NCBI GenBank assembly: GCA_963829055.1
Contig: CAWHHI010000011.1
Location: 192,001 to 256,000 of the forward strand
Reading direction: 5' to 3'
From: an uncultured Gemmatimonadaceae bacterium
Lineage (GTDB): Bacteria > Gemmatimonadota > Gemmatimonadetes > Gemmatimonadales > Gemmatimonadaceae
DNA: 64,000 bases
Under the pieces are notes generated by a model. That model ran no database searches, was not told the DNA's origin, and saw nothing but the letters and a program-made list of their open reading frames with translations. A program made the translations under genes and the position numbers. Of this stretch, positions 10,952-21,533 are shown piece after piece (position 1 is the first letter of the stretch; each line of letters starts with the position of its first letter).

Positions 10952-12200
10952 ATGACAGCGACAGCAGCGCACCTTGACCTCGACCACCTGTTCGCCGACG
11001 ACGCGATCAGGGACCCGTACTCGTTCTTCGGACGCTTACGCGAGATCGACCCAGTGCACTGGAACGCGCGACACGAGCTCTGGATCGTCACGCGGCACGC
11101 CGACGTCGTATCGATCGTGCGCGACCACGAGAGCTTCTCCTCGGCGGTGATCAAGTCCGATACGCGAGCCGCCATATCCGCCGCTCGACGACGATGGCCT
11201 AACGCGGCTCGACGAAGTGCGGCGTTTTCGCGGGGCGCAGCTCGTCGAACAGGATCCACCGCGCCACGGCAACATGCGGCGCCTGCTGCACCAGTACTTC
11301 ACCGCCGCGGCCATCGAGAAGTGGCGGCCCTTCATTCGCTCGGCGGTCGCGGAGCTGCTCGACGAGCTCGAGTCCGGCGCGACGATCGATGTCATGACGG
11401 CGCTCGCGGCTCCCCTACCGGTGCGCGTGATCGCGCATCTCATGGACGTGCCCGCGGCGGATCGCGCGCAGCTCCGAGAGCTCGCCGACAAGCTCCTCTA
11501 CATCAATCGCGGTGAGCCGAATCGATTCGCCACGCTCGTCGCAGGGATCCGCGGGATCCTCGATTACACCGCACCACTGGCTGAGCAGCGCCTGCACGAG
11601 CCCGGCCGCGACTTCATCTCGGTCCTGGCCGAGGGCGAGCGTATCGGAGTCATGGACCGCTACGAGTTGCTCGTCAACTGTGCGCTCCTCTTGTTTGCCG
11701 GACACGAGACCACGGTGAACCTGATCGGGAATGGCATCCTCGCATTCATTCGCAATCCTGTCGAGTGGGAGAAGCTGCGCGCGAACCCCGAGCTCGCGCG
11801 ACGCGCAACGGAGGAGTGCCTGCGCTTCGATCCTCCGGTGAAATCGACGCAGCGCATCGCGACGCGGGACGTCGCGGTGGGCGACCGAACGATTCGGCAG
11901 GGCGAGCGACTGCGCTGGATCATTGCCGCCGCGAACCGGGACCCGGACGCGTTCCCCGACCCTGACCGGTTTCGCATCGACCGGCACCCGAATCCGCACG
12001 TGTCGTTAGGCGTCGGGATCCACTTCTGCCTCGGCGCCGCCCTCGCGCGCGTGGAGGGCCAGGAGATCTTTCGTGGGCTGGCCGAGCGGGTGTCGTCGTT
12101 CCGGCTGGAGACCGTGGCGCCCGAGTATCAACCGAGCATCCAGTTCCGGTCGCTGCGGGAGCTGAGGGTAGCGATGACCCTGGCCGCTTCCACGCGGTAA
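10952..12200 (+). CDS. Cytochrome P450 (frameshift near 11170)
   Basis: DPYSFFGRLR, DPPRH, AGHETT, EECLR, heme motif LGVGIHFCLG. Confidence 0.95.
11969..12023 (+). repeat. Direct repeat copy 1 (P450 heme-binding segment)
   Basis: 55 bp, one mismatch versus 16403-16457. Confidence 0.9.
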
Positions 12201-12272
12201 CATCCAGCCCGAGCCTCTGAGCAACACAATGATTTACCGCATCACCGAGCGCGTCTGTCGCGCTCCATCCAT

Positions 12273-13082
12273 TTGACTGAGCGGCCACGGGTCTTCGGGC
12301 GCTACGTCGCAATCGGCGACAGCTCGACGGAAGGCCTCGATGATCCGGATGGGCGAGGCGGCTACCACGGGTGGGCCAACCGACTCGCCGCGCGCGTGGC
12401 GGCGGCGCAGTCGTCCCCGCTGCTGTACGCGAACCTGGCCATTCGCGGCCGCTCGACGCGCCGAATCCGTGACGAACAGCTCGAGCCGGCGGTAGCCATG
12501 CGCCCCGATCTCGTGACGCTCTTCACCGGTACCAATGACGTTATCGCGCCGCGCTTCGACGCCGACGTCGTGGCGCGCGATGTCGAGTTCATGCAGCGCA
12601 CCCTGATCGACGGCGGTGCGACAGTGCTGGGGTTCACGCTTCCGGATCTCTCGATCGTGCTCCCGCTCGCTCGCCCGATCGCCGGGCGTGTTCGCGCGCT
12701 GAACGAGGCCCTCCGCCATGCGTCCGCGGCGAGCGGCGCCGTCCTCCTGGACTTTGCCAAACACCCCGTGGGGTCGGATCCCAGGCTCTGGAGTGACGAT
12801 CGGCTTCACGCCAACTCCGCTGGCCACGAGCGGATCGCCGCCGCGCTCGCGTGGGCGCTACATCTGCCGGGCACCGATCAGACGTGGGCGGATCCGCTCC
12901 CAACCGAATGGTCGCGATCCCTGGGCGCGAGCATCCTTGCGGAGATTCGCTGGCAGCGCGACCACTTCCTGCCTTGGGCCTGGCGGCACCTGCGGGGACG
13001 ATCGTCCGGCGACGGCCGAGGCCCAAAGCGGCCGACGCTCTCGGAGGTCGAGGTCCGAGGCGCTAACGAGTTAGGCGCCTAA
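12273..13082 (+). CDS. SGNH/GDSL hydrolase
   Basis: GDSSTEG, NLAIRG, GTND, DRLHAN. Confidence 0.93.
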   Translation: MTERPRVFGRYVAIGDSSTEGLDDPDGRGGYHGWANRLAARVAAAQSSPLLYANLAIRGRSTRRIRDEQLEPAVAMRPDLVTLFTGTNDVIAPRFDADVVARDVEFMQRTLIDGGATVLGFTLPDLSIVLPLARPIAGRVRALNEALRHASAASGAVLLDFAKHPVGSDPRLWSDDRLHANSAGHERIAAALAWALHLPGTDQTWADPLPTEWSRSLGASILAEIRWQRDHFLPWAWRHLRGRSSGDGRGPKRPTLSEVEVRGANELGA

Positions 13083-13111
13083 CAGGGTCTCGCGTGATCG
13101 ACGGGCCCGCC

Positions 13112-13273
13112 TCACTTCTGCTCGGCCTTCCGCCGCTCCATCTCCGCGTGCCCGCGGCGGATCGAGCACCACTCCCGGTGATCGGCCACGGGCATACCGC
13201 ATTCGACGCAGATCCGCACGCGCTGTGTGGGCTCCGGGGTGTTGGACGAGAAGAGGCGCTTCAGAAACGACAT
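13112..13273 (-). CDS. 53-aa putative zinc-binding microprotein
   Basis: Manually translated (below ORF-track cutoff): MSFLKRLFSSNTPEPTQRVRICVECGMPVADHREWCSIRRGHAEMERRKAEQK; GGAG RBS. Confidence 0.65.
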   Translation of the reverse strand: MSFLKRLFSSNTPEPTQRVRICVECGMPVADHREWCSIRRGHAEMERRKAEQK

Positions 13274-13692
13274 TGGAAATCTCCAGGATACGTTGGCCAG
13301 TGCTCTCGTACGGAACGAGGGGCGACCGGGTTACACTCAGCCCCGCGAATCCGCCGACGGGCGAGAGGCATTCATTAGATCCGCGGATCCGGCAAAAGGT
13401 TGGGACGTCGAGGACGGCGACGGACTCTCGGGCCCCTACGCGAGCTCAGGCGTCCTGACGAGCGTGCTCGCGCGGGCGATGCGGCGGCGCAGAGGGATCT
13501 GCCGGGCGCGCCGGGCGATCAGCTTCCGTTCGCAGGTCGCGAAGACCGCACGATCCCCCTGCCACACGACGATGGGCCAATGGCGGGCTGTAGCCCTCCC
13601 TTCCAGCATACGCATCATGCCGGTCGTTGCCGCCGCATCGCGAACTGTGGAGCGGGCACGGACCGGTTCCTCAACCCGACTGGGAGAAGGCG

Positions 13693-14190
13693 ATGAAGCG
13701 ACCGCTCTTTTCATTACTTGCACTGGTCTGCGCCGTCACGGCGCCGAGCAGCAGTGCTATCGCACAGAAGGAAACGGCCACCGGCGTCGAGGTGGAAAAG
13801 GACATCGCATTGCTCCGTCGCAACCTGCGAACCGAGAAGAAAAAGGTCGTCGCGTTGAACATGCCGCTGACGGAGACCGAAGCGACCAAGTTCTGGCCGG
13901 TCTATGACCAGTACACGGGCGCCATGAGCAAGCACTACGATGAGTTCTACACGGTGATCCGCGACTATGCGGCCAATCAGAAGACACTGACGGATGCGCA
14001 GGCGATCGACATGATCAAGAGATGGAGCCGCATCCAGGTTCAACTCGCGCAGACGCGGGAGGAATATGTTCCGATCATTGAAAAGGTGATCCCGGGAAAG
14101 AAAGCGGCGCACTTCTTCCAGATCGACCGGCGTCTGTACGCGTTGCTCGACTTGCAAATCGCCCAGGAGATCCCGCTCGTCGTCCAGTGA
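13693..14190 (+). CDS. Secreted helical hypothetical protein
   Basis: RBS; signal peptide MKRPLFSLLALVCA..AIA; LTETEATKFWPVYDQY. Confidence 0.8.
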   Translation: MKRPLFSLLALVCAVTAPSSSAIAQKETATGVEVEKDIALLRRNLRTEKKKVVALNMPLTETEATKFWPVYDQYTGAMSKHYDEFYTVIRDYAANQKTLTDAQAIDMIKRWSRIQVQLAQTREEYVPIIEKVIPGKKAAHFFQIDRRLYALLDLQIAQEIPLVVQ

Positions 14191-14317
14191 CCGAGGGTCC
14201 AGCATTCTCGGCACGAAACAACGGGCCTCATAGGACCTAAGCACACTTGCTCGATCGTACAGCGCGGCCGAGCGTGCGCGAATGGGCAACGCATGGACTC
14301 TGGCGATGAGGTCGAAC

Positions 14318-15545
14318 ATGCAGGGAGCGCCTCGGCGGCCATCCGTTCTCGGCGTCGCGGTTGCGGCGCTCGCAGCGACGATCGCGTGCGGTGGCGACCC
14401 CGACGGTCCGTCGCCTACCACGGCGAGCAAGATTTCGATCGCGCCGACGTCGCTGGCGCTCAAAGTCGGTGCTCGCGGGTCGCTCACGGCGACGGTCAAG
14501 AATTCTTCCGGCGCCGTGATCTCGAATGCGAGCGTCACCTGGGTCTCGCGAGGGCCGCAGGTCGCGACGATCGACAACAGCGGGAACGTCTCCGCGTTGG
14601 CTGCGGGCGCGACGACCGTCGTGGCAACATCGGGGCGGGTGGCGGACTCGGTGACCATCACCGTCACCCGCGACCTGCAGCTTGGTGTCGAGCCTAACGC
14701 GGCATCGGTGAGGGTCGCGGAAACGCATCAGTTCGGCGTCACCGCCAAGAACTCGCTCGGTCAGACGGTCTCGCCGCCGGCGGTCACCTGGCTCTCATCC
14801 AGCCCACAGGTCGCGACGGTGAGCGCGACTGGCGTCGCGACCGGCGTGGCGAAAGGCACGACGTCGATCACCGCGACCGGGGACGGCGTGACGAGCACGC
14901 CCGCGACGCTCACGGTGCTCGAAGGCTGCAACAGCATGGTCAACGCCAGCACGTTCGTGGCCACGCTCGACTACGACTGGGTCTCGCAGGGAACGACCGA
15001 CCGTGGGGTCGCAGTGGCTGCCGCGTATCGCGGCAGGCTTTCGGCGACGCTCACGAAGCAGGCGCGCACGGCAGCGCGAGGCCTCATGGACGGGGGACAT
15101 CACCGGGCTTGCGTCGGTGATGGAGACCAGGCAGGACCCGGCGACTCCCGACGCGACCACGACGCTTCAGGCCGACGGCACGGTGCGTCCGCTCTCCGGC
15201 GCCCTGGCGCCGAAGATGACGCTGCGAATGGATCTGCAGGAATGCACCTACCAGATCGATGCAATGGTGACGCTCAACGCGCTCCGAACCGAGCCGAATG
15301 GTGCCGCGTCCCGATCGGACATAGCGGTAGCATCGCTACACGCGACGACCAGGCCCCTCGGGACGGGGGTCGCGATCGTCCTGGAAAATGCTCCGTTCGA
15401 CACGCACTCGCAGACCTGGTCCGCGGCCAACCTGGATAAGGATGCGTTCATGCCGCTCGGCCTCGCGGTTGAGCGGACGGGCCGATCGGCAACGGAACAG
15501 GCGGTCGGCCGAGCCACGGTCCTCTGGGTGCTCCATCCCGAGTGA
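14318..15545 (+). CDS. Lipoprotein with two bacterial Ig-like (Big_2) domains (frameshift near 15070)
   Basis: Lipobox TIAC; two VTWxSxxPQVATV..G repeats. Confidence 0.8.
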
Positions 15546-15675
15546 TGGCCTAACACCGATACCCGACAGTCCGCACAAGGGCGGACGAACCTTCGCACGG
15601 CACTCTATGTCTTTCGCGAGGCTCTCGGAGGAGAGTCGCACTGGCGTCCTCGCCATAACGGTGAGGAACGCATAA

Positions 15676-16443
15676 ATGGCGTGCGAACAGTGCGAGGGAA
15701 TCGAGCTCCAGTTCGGTCGGTCGGCGGCGAGGAAGAAGCTGCGGCAATTTCGCCGCCGCGGCCCGGATAAGACGACCCGGCTACTCGTCAATGCCCTCCG
15801 TGCCGCCCTCGACGGCACGGATACTCGTGGCGTCGTCCTCCTCGACATTGGTGCCGGTGTCGGGGCGATCCACCACGAGTTGCTGGACGGACACGTCGAA
15901 CGGGCCATCCACGTGGACGGGTCGACGGCGCACCTGGCGGCCGCGCGCGACGAAGCCGAGCGCCGCGGCCACGGCTCTCGGGTCGAGTTTGTCCACGGCG
16001 ACTTTGTCGACCTGGCCGGCGCGATTCCCGCCGCCGACGTGGTCACGCTCGACCGCGTCATCTGCTGCTACCACGATATGGAGCGGCTCGTCGGGCTCTC
16101 CGCACGGAAGGCGCGTCGACTCTATGGCGCCGTCTACCCGCGCGATGTCCGGTGGATGCACATCGCAATCCGCGCCATCAACCTGCTCCAGCGATTCAAG
16201 CGGAGCGGCTTTCGTGTCTTCCTCCACTCCCCAGCCGCAATCGACGGCGTCCTGCGAATCGCGGGGCTCGAGCGACACGCCAACTGGCGAACGTTAGGCT
16301 GGGAGGTGGTGATCTACGAGCGAAGGACGGAACCGAGCGCGATAACACCCGAAGTCCCCGCGAGTGAGGGACCCGACGCGTCCCCCGTGTCCTTACCGGG
16401 GCGTTTCGCATCGACCGGCACCCGAATCCGCACGTGTCGTTAG
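15676..16443 (+). CDS. Class I SAM-dependent methyltransferase
   Basis: LLDIGAGVG; DVVTLDRVICCY; N-terminal CEQC. Confidence 0.88.
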   Translation: MACEQCEGIELQFGRSAARKKLRQFRRRGPDKTTRLLVNALRAALDGTDTRGVVLLDIGAGVGAIHHELLDGHVERAIHVDGSTAHLAAARDEAERRGHGSRVEFVHGDFVDLAGAIPAADVVTLDRVICCYHDMERLVGLSARKARRLYGAVYPRDVRWMHIAIRAINLLQRFKRSGFRVFLHSPAAIDGVLRIAGLERHANWRTLGWEVVIYERRTEPSAITPEVPASEGPDASPVSLPGRFASTGTRIRTCR

Positions 16444-16457
16444 GCGCCGGGATCCAC
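16403..16457 (+). repeat. Direct repeat copy 2 (P450 fragment)
   Basis: GTTTCGCATCGACCGGCACCCGAATCCGCACGTGTCGTTAGGCGCCGGGATCCAC; looser similarity extends back to about 16368. Confidence 0.9.
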
Positions 16458-16615
16458 GGCTGTGCGCATAGCCGCGCATCCTAACGAGCATCGGCGCCGC
16501 TAACCCGTGCCCATCGACGGCTGACGGGGGCGCGACGGAGACGCGAGCGGCCAACCCTCGATAGACCAAAGGGCAACAAGACACCGAGGGACGTTGAACC
16601 TACGTTTCCTCACCA

Positions 16616-16630
16616 GATGGTTAAACCATC
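16616..16630. promoter_or_regulatory. Putative TetR autoregulatory operator
   Basis: Palindrome GATGGTT-A-AACCATC overlapping the TetR start codon. Confidence 0.6.
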
Positions 16631-17249
16631 CGGGCAACCTGAAACCGATACCAAGCAACGCATCCTCGACGCCGCCGACGAGATCTTCGTCCGGCGCGGC
16701 ATCGACGGCGCGCGCATGCAGGAGATCGCCGATCACGCGGGCGTGAACAAGGCGCTTCTGCACTACTACTTCCGATCGAAGGCCAATCTCGCTCAGGCGG
16801 TCTGGCTTCGCATCGCCTCGTCATTCGTTCCGGGCATCCTGGGATGATGGCGTCCGACCTATCGCTCGGCGACAAGATCGATCGGTTCGTCGACGCCTAC
16901 CACACGACACTCACACGCCACCCGTATCTCATGGCGTACGTCATCAGGTGAGGCTGCGCGCCATCCGGATGTCGTCGGTGACTTCTACTCCTCGGAGAGA
17001 CGTCAGGCGGCGCGCCGCATGATCGACAAGGTGCAGAAGCAGATCGACGATCTCGTCAAAGGGAGAAGACTCGAGCCTGTATCGGCCGAGCAGTTCTTAA
17101 TCACGATGGTCGGCAGTTGTCTATTCCCTTTCGCCGCGCGTCCCATGATCGCCACGGTTCTTGGGCTCGACGCCACCGGCGTGCGGAAGGTCATCGAGCG
17201 CCGACGTACAGACCTTCCTGCGTTCTTGAAAAGGGCGCTGCACCCATAG
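16617..17249 (+). CDS. TetR/AcrR regulator, frameshifted
   Basis: RILDAADEIF..G.DGARMQEIADHAGVNKALLHYYFRSK; indels near 16840 and 16945. Confidence 0.9.
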
Positions 17250-17258
17250 GGAGGCACC

Positions 17259-17987
17259 GTGCAAACACACTGGTTCTACACCGTTTGGCCGTTCATAGGG
17301 GTGGGGGGAGCGATCGTGATGGTCGCCATCCTCCTGCTGACCGACACATTCCGTAGCGACACCACGGTATCGCGCTGGCGTGATCCAATGTGGCTGGCAT
17401 GGCTCGCCGTACCGTTCTACTGGATCCATCAGTTCGAGGAGTACAGCCTGCCGGTGATCGGCCTCGACTACTCGATCCAGGAAATGATCTGCCAGAAGAT
17501 CGGCTTTCCGCCATATCCGGACTGCCCGATCCCGCTGGCCTTCTACCCGGTGGTGAACATCGCTCTGATGTGGTTCGGCGCGCCGCTAGCGGCGTACTTT
17601 TTCAGGCGCAACGTCCTCATCGGCCTCAGCTTCTGGGGATTGCTCTTCGCCAACGGACTTGTGCACTGCGCTGGCGGCGTCGCGGCAGGCGCGTACAACA
17701 CCGGCCTATGGAGCGCCGCCTTCTTGTTTGTTCCGTTCTCCCTCTGGGTCATTTACGTCTGCGCGATTCGCGGACCGTACAGTGGCAAGGTCGTGGCGGT
17801 GGCATACGCCGCCGGAGCTCTCACTCATGTCTTGCTTTTCGCGGGCTACGGGCTTTTCAAGGCCGGAGTGATCGGCAGTGCGGGCCTGCTGGTCTATGCT
17901 GCCGTGATCGGTTTCACGCCGATCATCTTGGCGGCCCTTGCAAGCCGTTTCTTCAAGCCTCAGTTGCTGCGGCCAGTTTCGCGCTGA
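17259..17987 (+). CDS. HXXEE-domain membrane protein
   Basis: IHQFEEY motif, multiple TM helices, YNTGLWSA; RBS GGGAGG. Confidence 0.88.
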   Translation: MQTHWFYTVWPFIGVGGAIVMVAILLLTDTFRSDTTVSRWRDPMWLAWLAVPFYWIHQFEEYSLPVIGLDYSIQEMICQKIGFPPYPDCPIPLAFYPVVNIALMWFGAPLAAYFFRRNVLIGLSFWGLLFANGLVHCAGGVAAGAYNTGLWSAAFLFVPFSLWVIYVCAIRGPYSGKVVAVAYAAGALTHVLLFAGYGLFKAGVIGSAGLLVYAAVIGFTPIILAALASRFFKPQLLRPVSR

Positions 17988-18355
17988 CCGTTAGCGGCCA
18001 GAACACGTGGAGTAAGGACCTATTTGAACATTCTCCGCCGGCACGTCGGCCGGCCGCCGGGTCTTTTCGCGCGATTGGGTTCCACGCGTCAGGCGACCGC
18101 GCAGTGAGCACGTCGCACCCCGCCGGCGTATCTGCCGGTGCGCTAATTAGCTGGCTTGCGAAATAAGCGACAACCCAGAAGCGTGAGCGTCTGGACGCGT
18201 ACACCGCGTACCGAGCAACACGCGGTAAGTGAGCGTCTCGATTGTGATCGGACTGTGATAACGTGAGCCTCGAAACCTCGAGAAACAGCTGTTCGAAAAT
18301 GCATGAAACGGCACCCAACGGAGCTTCCCGCGTTTCTGAAGCGAGCGTTACAGCT

Positions 18356-19441
18356 ATGACACAGCGCCTAACGCGGCTGACGGTGATCCTAGCGGCCGTC
18401 ACATTCTCCGGGTCCGCGTCGGCGCAGCAGCCCGCGCCGGACACGTCAGCGCAGCCGGCCGCCGCGGACAGCGCGCGTTCGCCGTGGCTCCTCGTGCCGG
18501 TGTTCTCGTCGAGTCCCAAGCTCGGCACGGCGTTCGGGGGACTGGGCGCCTACATGCACCGCTTCGATGACAGTAGCCGCGTGTCGCTGTTCGGCCTGGC
18601 GTACCAGTACACGTCCACGAGCTCACAGATCGCCACCGGGTTTGCCCGGACATCGTTCGGCCGCGATCACCATCGCATCGTGCTGCTTGCCGCGTTCGGG
18701 AAGATCAAGAACGACTACGACGACTATCTCGGGACCGGCCAGCCGCTGAAGACCGACGATGACCTGAAGGCGCTGGCGGCGCGGTATCTGTGGCGTGCGA
18801 AAGGAGACTGGTTCGTTGGCGCCCAGGGAAGTGCCGCCAATTTCCAGGTGCTGGGCGCGTCCGCGGAAGACGATCTCGTGCTCGAGACACTGGGCGTGCG
18901 CGGCTTCAAGTCGGCGGGGGTAGGTGTCAACCTGATGCACGATTCGCGCGACAACGAAGACATGCCGACGACAGGCTGGTTCGCGAATCTCAACAACGTC
19001 GCCTATCGTGAGGCGCTCGGCGGCGACGACACGTTCGATGCGTACCGCCTGGACCTGCGCGCGTTCTGGAAGCACGGCGGCGGTCACGTGCTGGCCGTAC
19101 GGCAGTACAACTGGTTGACCAGCGATGCCCCTTCCGGCGCGCAGGCGACGGTGATCCTTCGCGGTTACAAGCAGGGTCAGTACCTCTCACCGTACATGTC
19201 CTCCCTCGAAGTCGAAGAACGCTGGGCGTTCAACGAGCAATGGGGCGCCACGCTGTTCGCCGCCGCGGCGGAGTTGTACGGCGACGCCCCAGTCAAGCTC
19301 GATCGCACCACGTATCCCACCATCGGGGCGGGCGTGCACTTCGTGCTCAAACCCGTGGAGCGCATGATCGTGAATCTCGAGTACGCCCAGGGCGTCGGCG
19401 ACAGCCGGGGAGTCTACCTGAAACTTGGCCACGCATGGTGA
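18356..19441 (+). CDS. Outer-membrane beta-barrel (BamA/TamA surface-antigen-like)
   Basis: Signal peptide; HDSRDN, LRGY; C-terminal YLKLGHAW. Confidence 0.8.
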   Translation: MTQRLTRLTVILAAVTFSGSASAQQPAPDTSAQPAAADSARSPWLLVPVFSSSPKLGTAFGGLGAYMHRFDDSSRVSLFGLAYQYTSTSSQIATGFARTSFGRDHHRIVLLAAFGKIKNDYDDYLGTGQPLKTDDDLKALAARYLWRAKGDWFVGAQGSAANFQVLGASAEDDLVLETLGVRGFKSAGVGVNLMHDSRDNEDMPTTGWFANLNNVAYREALGGDDTFDAYRLDLRAFWKHGGGHVLAVRQYNWLTSDAPSGAQATVILRGYKQGQYLSPYMSSLEVEERWAFNEQWGATLFAAAAELYGDAPVKLDRTTYPTIGAGVHFVLKPVERMIVNLEYAQGVGDSRGVYLKLGHAW

Positions 19442-19589
19442 GTTGTCGAGGTCGACATGCGATCGTAATCGCCGGCGATGACGTGTGCTGACGATTCTGG
19501 AAAGAGCGCCGCCAGGCGCGGATCTACGTTGCCAAGCGGCGTAGCTCCTCGTGAGTCGTTAGGTAACGGGCCGAGCGGTCGCGGCCGGT

Positions 19590-20527
19590 TTACGGCCTGC
19601 CTGTGCGTAGCGAGTCCTGCTGCTTCCCGGAGTCCGTAGCGAACTTCTCCTTTGAGACTTCGCGGCCGCGAATGGTCGTCACCGTGCTGGTGTCGTGACT
19701 TGGCCGGCGTTGGTGTCGGATGCTGGCAGCGGGGAGGCTGGCTCCGGTGCGGTCTCGCGGCGGACCGAGGTCGTTCGCCGAACCTCCGGCCGCGGCTCCG
19801 TCGAGACGGTCGCCGCCCGGTTCAACCCCTGAACGATCTGTGCAGTCGTGGCGCCGCTTGTCTTCGCGCTGTTCGGGTCGCCGTAGCCGCGTAGCATCAG
19901 CTGGATCTGCCCCTGCGTGGTCACGAGCGCGATTTGCTCGCCTTCATCCGGAGTGGCCTCCACGGTGGCAACCGTGGCGTTCATGGGCCGCCCGTCCTCC
20001 GTCGGCTGTGGGGCCGACCCGATGGCCAGGATGCGCATGTTCTGCAGGAACACCTTGGCCAGGCGGCCCTTGTCCGCCGCGCCGTCCATGACGACCACGA
20101 TGTCGACGCGGCTGTTGGGCCGAATGAGGCCAGCAATACCGGACACGTCGTTGATCCGGAACGACACCGCCCGCTTCCCTTGCGCGATCTTGACCTCGAG
20201 GCCGGGACCTGTGCCGTCCGGCGCGAGTCGTCCCGGCACGAGCGGGTCTCCTGTAAAGAGGCTCACGCGGGCGACGCGTCCGACCACGGAGTCGATGGAT
20301 GTGAACGCGCCGACCGGGATGGTGGCGACGGGCCACTGGACGACGGCAACCGCCATCCGATCGATGGCCGCGCCTTCCGCCATGTCCTTCTGGGCGATGA
20401 CGACTGGACCGGTCACGATGCGCGCGTTCTCCTTTGTCTTTTCCAACACGCGGTAGACGCCGAACGTCGAGACGAGCGCGACAATGGTAGCGGCGTAGAA
20501 GATGAACGAGTAGCGCTTGGCAGCCAT
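19590..20527 (-). CDS. cpaB: Flp pilus assembly protein CpaB (C-terminal frameshift near 19680)
   Basis: N-terminal TM, SAF-like domain, GKRAVSFRINDVSGIAGLIRPNSRVDI, LQNMRILA. Confidence 0.9.
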
Positions 20528-20826
20528 GGGTAGCCCCGGTTTGAGGAACGCGTTCAGGGACCCGCACTATAGCGCCGTGCACCGCGTTGGACACTAGGGG
20601 AACTACGATAGTTATCGCCTAACGCGGTTAGAATGGGCGTACTACGTTAGATACCGGTATGCTGCACGACAACTAACCGTCGCCCGCATGCCTAACGCAA
20701 CGCCTGCACTCCGAAATTCCGCTATCGGTAGCCCTGCCTGAATCGATGCTTGTTCAGGGGTGACAAAACGGCCCCGCAATGAAGGTCGTTGCAGGGCCGA
20801 GAGTTGACACGCAAGCACACGAGGCA

Positions 20827-21255
20827 TCACATAGTGCCTATCTCGGAACCCGAGGTAGCCACACTGCGGCGCCGGTCGGCCATCACGAAGTCCGCCGGCG
20901 CGACCCCAATGACCATCACCGCCCGTCCGTTCAATTGGACGCGTTCGCCGATGACTTGCGGCGCCGCGTTGAAGCGTCGCCGCCAAAGCTCGTGGCTGAT
21001 CACCATGACTGGCTGGCCAACCGTTTCGTACTCGACCGGAAGAAAGAACCGTCCGAGCAACGGGCGCACGTTGGATGTGGTGAAGAACTCGGGCGAGACC
21101 ATCGCACCCGTGAGGGTATCCGTTGACGCGAGCGTGAACCGGTCAACCGCGTAGCTCGTGGCGGGGGGCTCGGCGTATTTGCTCGAGCGTTCGCAGCTCG
21201 CAGCGGCGATGATGGCGACGCTCAATGCGGGCAGGACTGTCGTTATGCGCTTCAT
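20827..21255 (-). CDS. Lipoprotein with stand-alone MacB/ADOP periplasmic-domain fragment
   Basis: MKRITT..AASC lipobox, then VSPEFF..RPLLGRFF..VISHELWRRRF..VIGVAPADF. Confidence 0.6.
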   Translation of the reverse strand: MKRITTVLPALSVAIIAAASCERSSKYAEPPATSYAVDRFTLASTDTLTGAMVSPEFFTTSNVRPLLGRFFLPVEYETVGQPVMVISHELWRRRFNAAPQVIGERVQLNGRAVMVIGVAPADFVMADRRRSVATSGSEIGTM

Positions 21256-21533
21256 ACGCGTCCTCGTGTCACGCGGCGACGTGACCCTTCCATTCCGTCC
21301 ATTCTGGTCGCCGCGCGCGAGCAAGATGGGCGGATCTGATAGAATGGCACAACTCAACGGGTCGGCCAGAAGCTTGGATTCGTTATTGTGGACACAACCA
21401 TGATCCACTTTCCGGTCCGCCTGATCGACCGAATTTGGTTCATCTTTGCGTCGCTCCCGCTGGCGCTCGTCCCGATTTCGGTGTTACGGTCGGGCGATTC
21501 GGCGCCACCGACTCACCCATCCCCCACCCGCAG

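Noticed and set aside
3053..14265. Shared TCGTACAGCG upstream of two lipoprotein genes
   Set aside because: Only a 10-mer in two places with no matching upstream element; compatible with chance.
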